Source: Chlamydiota bacterium | GTDB taxonomy: Bacteria; Auribacterota; Tritonobacteria; UBA1439 | Assembly: GCA_037133055.1 (NCBI GenBank) | Contig: JBAXOY010000072.1 | Span: 1 to 16,278, forward strand | Direction: 5' to 3' | Length of the DNA: 16,278 nucleotides | Part shown: one piece after another, positions 15,192-16,278 of the stretch | How the letters are laid out: every line of letters begins with the position of its first letter | How positions within the stretch are numbered: position 1 is the stretch's first letter | The notes under the pieces: generated by a model | What the model was told of the DNA's origin: nothing | Seen by the model: only the letters and a program-made list of their open reading frames with translations | Database searches by the model: none | Program-made: the position numbers and the translations under genes

Positions 15192-16278
15192 CTACTTCAC
15201 CGAGAAGTACGCCACATCCCAGGCGAACGCGCTCTCCACACCGGTCACCTTCGCGCCGGAGTCCACGAGCCCGACGATGGCCTGGTAATCGCCCGGGACC
15301 CCCGGCGGGATCATCATATCGAGCAGCGTCCCGACATAGCCCGCGGGCAGGAAGAAAACCCCGCGCGCGATGGGGTTCACCCCGGGGGCGAGCGAGTTCC
15401 CGAACCTGATCGAGTAGACGACCCCTGGGCCAAGGATCACTGCATAGGCGTCGAACGGCCTGTCCAGGATCGGCCGTATCGACACGCTCACGTTGAACGG
15501 GTCCCCTGATGACGCGCCGGAAGGGCTCGCCGCGACCTGGACAATTTTGGGCGGAACGGGGGTCGGGGGAGGCGTCGGGAGCGGGGGCGACGACGGGGGG
15601 GGCGTTCCCTGTGAGTGGGATGGCTTGATAATCCAGTCGCCGACGCTGTCGGTATCCGCCGTGGTGACGCGTTGCGCGTAGCCGCTCTTGATCGGACCGA
15701 TCGCCGGCCCCTCGTTGACTGTCGTGAAAAGGCCGCTCCCCGCGACCGGGTCGCCCCATTGGAAAAGGTTGATGAGATAGTTCCCGGCCGCCGCCTGTTC
15801 GGGATACATGGACCCGTCGTCATTGGCCCAGACCACTGCGTCGATGATGCCTGTCTGTGAGGGCGCGAGGGTGTTCTGTGTGGCGATGGCAAGCTCGTCA
15901 TTGTACGAGTTCCATGTTTGGCTGCCGCTGAACTGCCCGAATATGTCCCACCATCCGTTCGATCCCTTTCCCGTCCCGTTGTTCTCTGTGAAACCGTCGG
16001 CGTTGTGCAGGATCGCCACGTCGCCTGGCATCAGCGTCACGGTCCCCGTCGCGGCCCGCGAGACTTGTTCGAAATCCGTGACGTACAGCTGGCTCAGGTC
16101 AAGAGACGCCGCATCGGGGGGCAGGTAGAGCTCGACCCAGTCGTGGGTCTCGGGATACCGGTGCGTGCCGAGGGCGACCTCGGTGATGAGCAGGTGCGGC
16201 GGCTGGTCGATGTACACCGGCTCGTCCACCTTGTAGGGGCCGAAACTGAACGCCGTACTGCCGGGCCCCTCGTTCATG
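15192..16278 (-). CDS. Probable exported protein, 3' part: lamin-tail-like domain, Pro/Thr linker and C-terminal beta-rich domain
   Basis: LLITEVA...DWVELYL....LDLSQLYVTD matches the lamin tail domain pattern; linker TPPPSSPPLPTPPPTPVPP. The frame is open to the window edge, so ATG 16277 may be internal. Confidence 0.75.
   Translation of the reverse strand, partial: MNEGPGSTAFSFGPYKVDEPVYIDQPPHLLITEVALGTHRYPETHDWVELYLPPDAASLDLSQLYVTDFEQVSRAATGTVTLMPGDVAILHNADGFTENNGTGKGSNGWWDIFGQFSGSQTWNSYNDELAIATQNTLAPSQTGIIDAVVWANDDGSMYPEQAAAGNYLINLFQWGDPVAGSGLFTTVNEGPAIGPIKSGYAQRVTTADTDSVGDWIIKPSHSQGTPPPSSPPLPTPPPTPVPPKIVQVAASPSGASSGDPFNVSVSIRPILDRPFDAYAVILGPGVVYSIRFGNSLAPGVNPIARGVFFLPAGYVGTLLDMMIPPGVPGDYQAIVGLVDSGAKVTGVESAFAWDVAYFSVK

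Overview
GC-rich bacterial chromosomal window in which every supported gene is on the minus strand. In transcription order (high to low coordinates): the 3' part of a probable exported protein (lamin-tail-like domain, Pro-rich linker, C-terminal beta domain); a ~440 bp structured intergenic region; a glycolipid-type cluster (MGDG-synthase/UgtP-like GT28, PatA/LpxL-family acyltransferase, GT2); pcm; a YqaA/DedA protein; tRNA-Pro(CGG); an MgtC/SapB protein; a thiol peroxidase (Tpx) fused to pterin-4a-carbinolamine dehydratase (PCD); a polysaccharide-type block (divergent MurJ-like flippase, DUF362 protein, CapK/PaaK-like adenylate-forming enzyme, GT4); a metallophosphoesterase; a VanZ-like protein; and the 5' part of ligA. 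No integrase, transposase or CRISPR array is visible. The most notable features are the Tpx-PCD fusion with both active-site motifs intact, a MurJ homologue lacking most canonical charged residues, several distinct short-repeat and palindrome families in the spacers (one translated as the GT2 C-terminus), a frameshifted transporter-like remnant, and a candidate multi-stem RNA upstream of the GT28 gene. All calls come from motif recognition by eye; no database searches were run.
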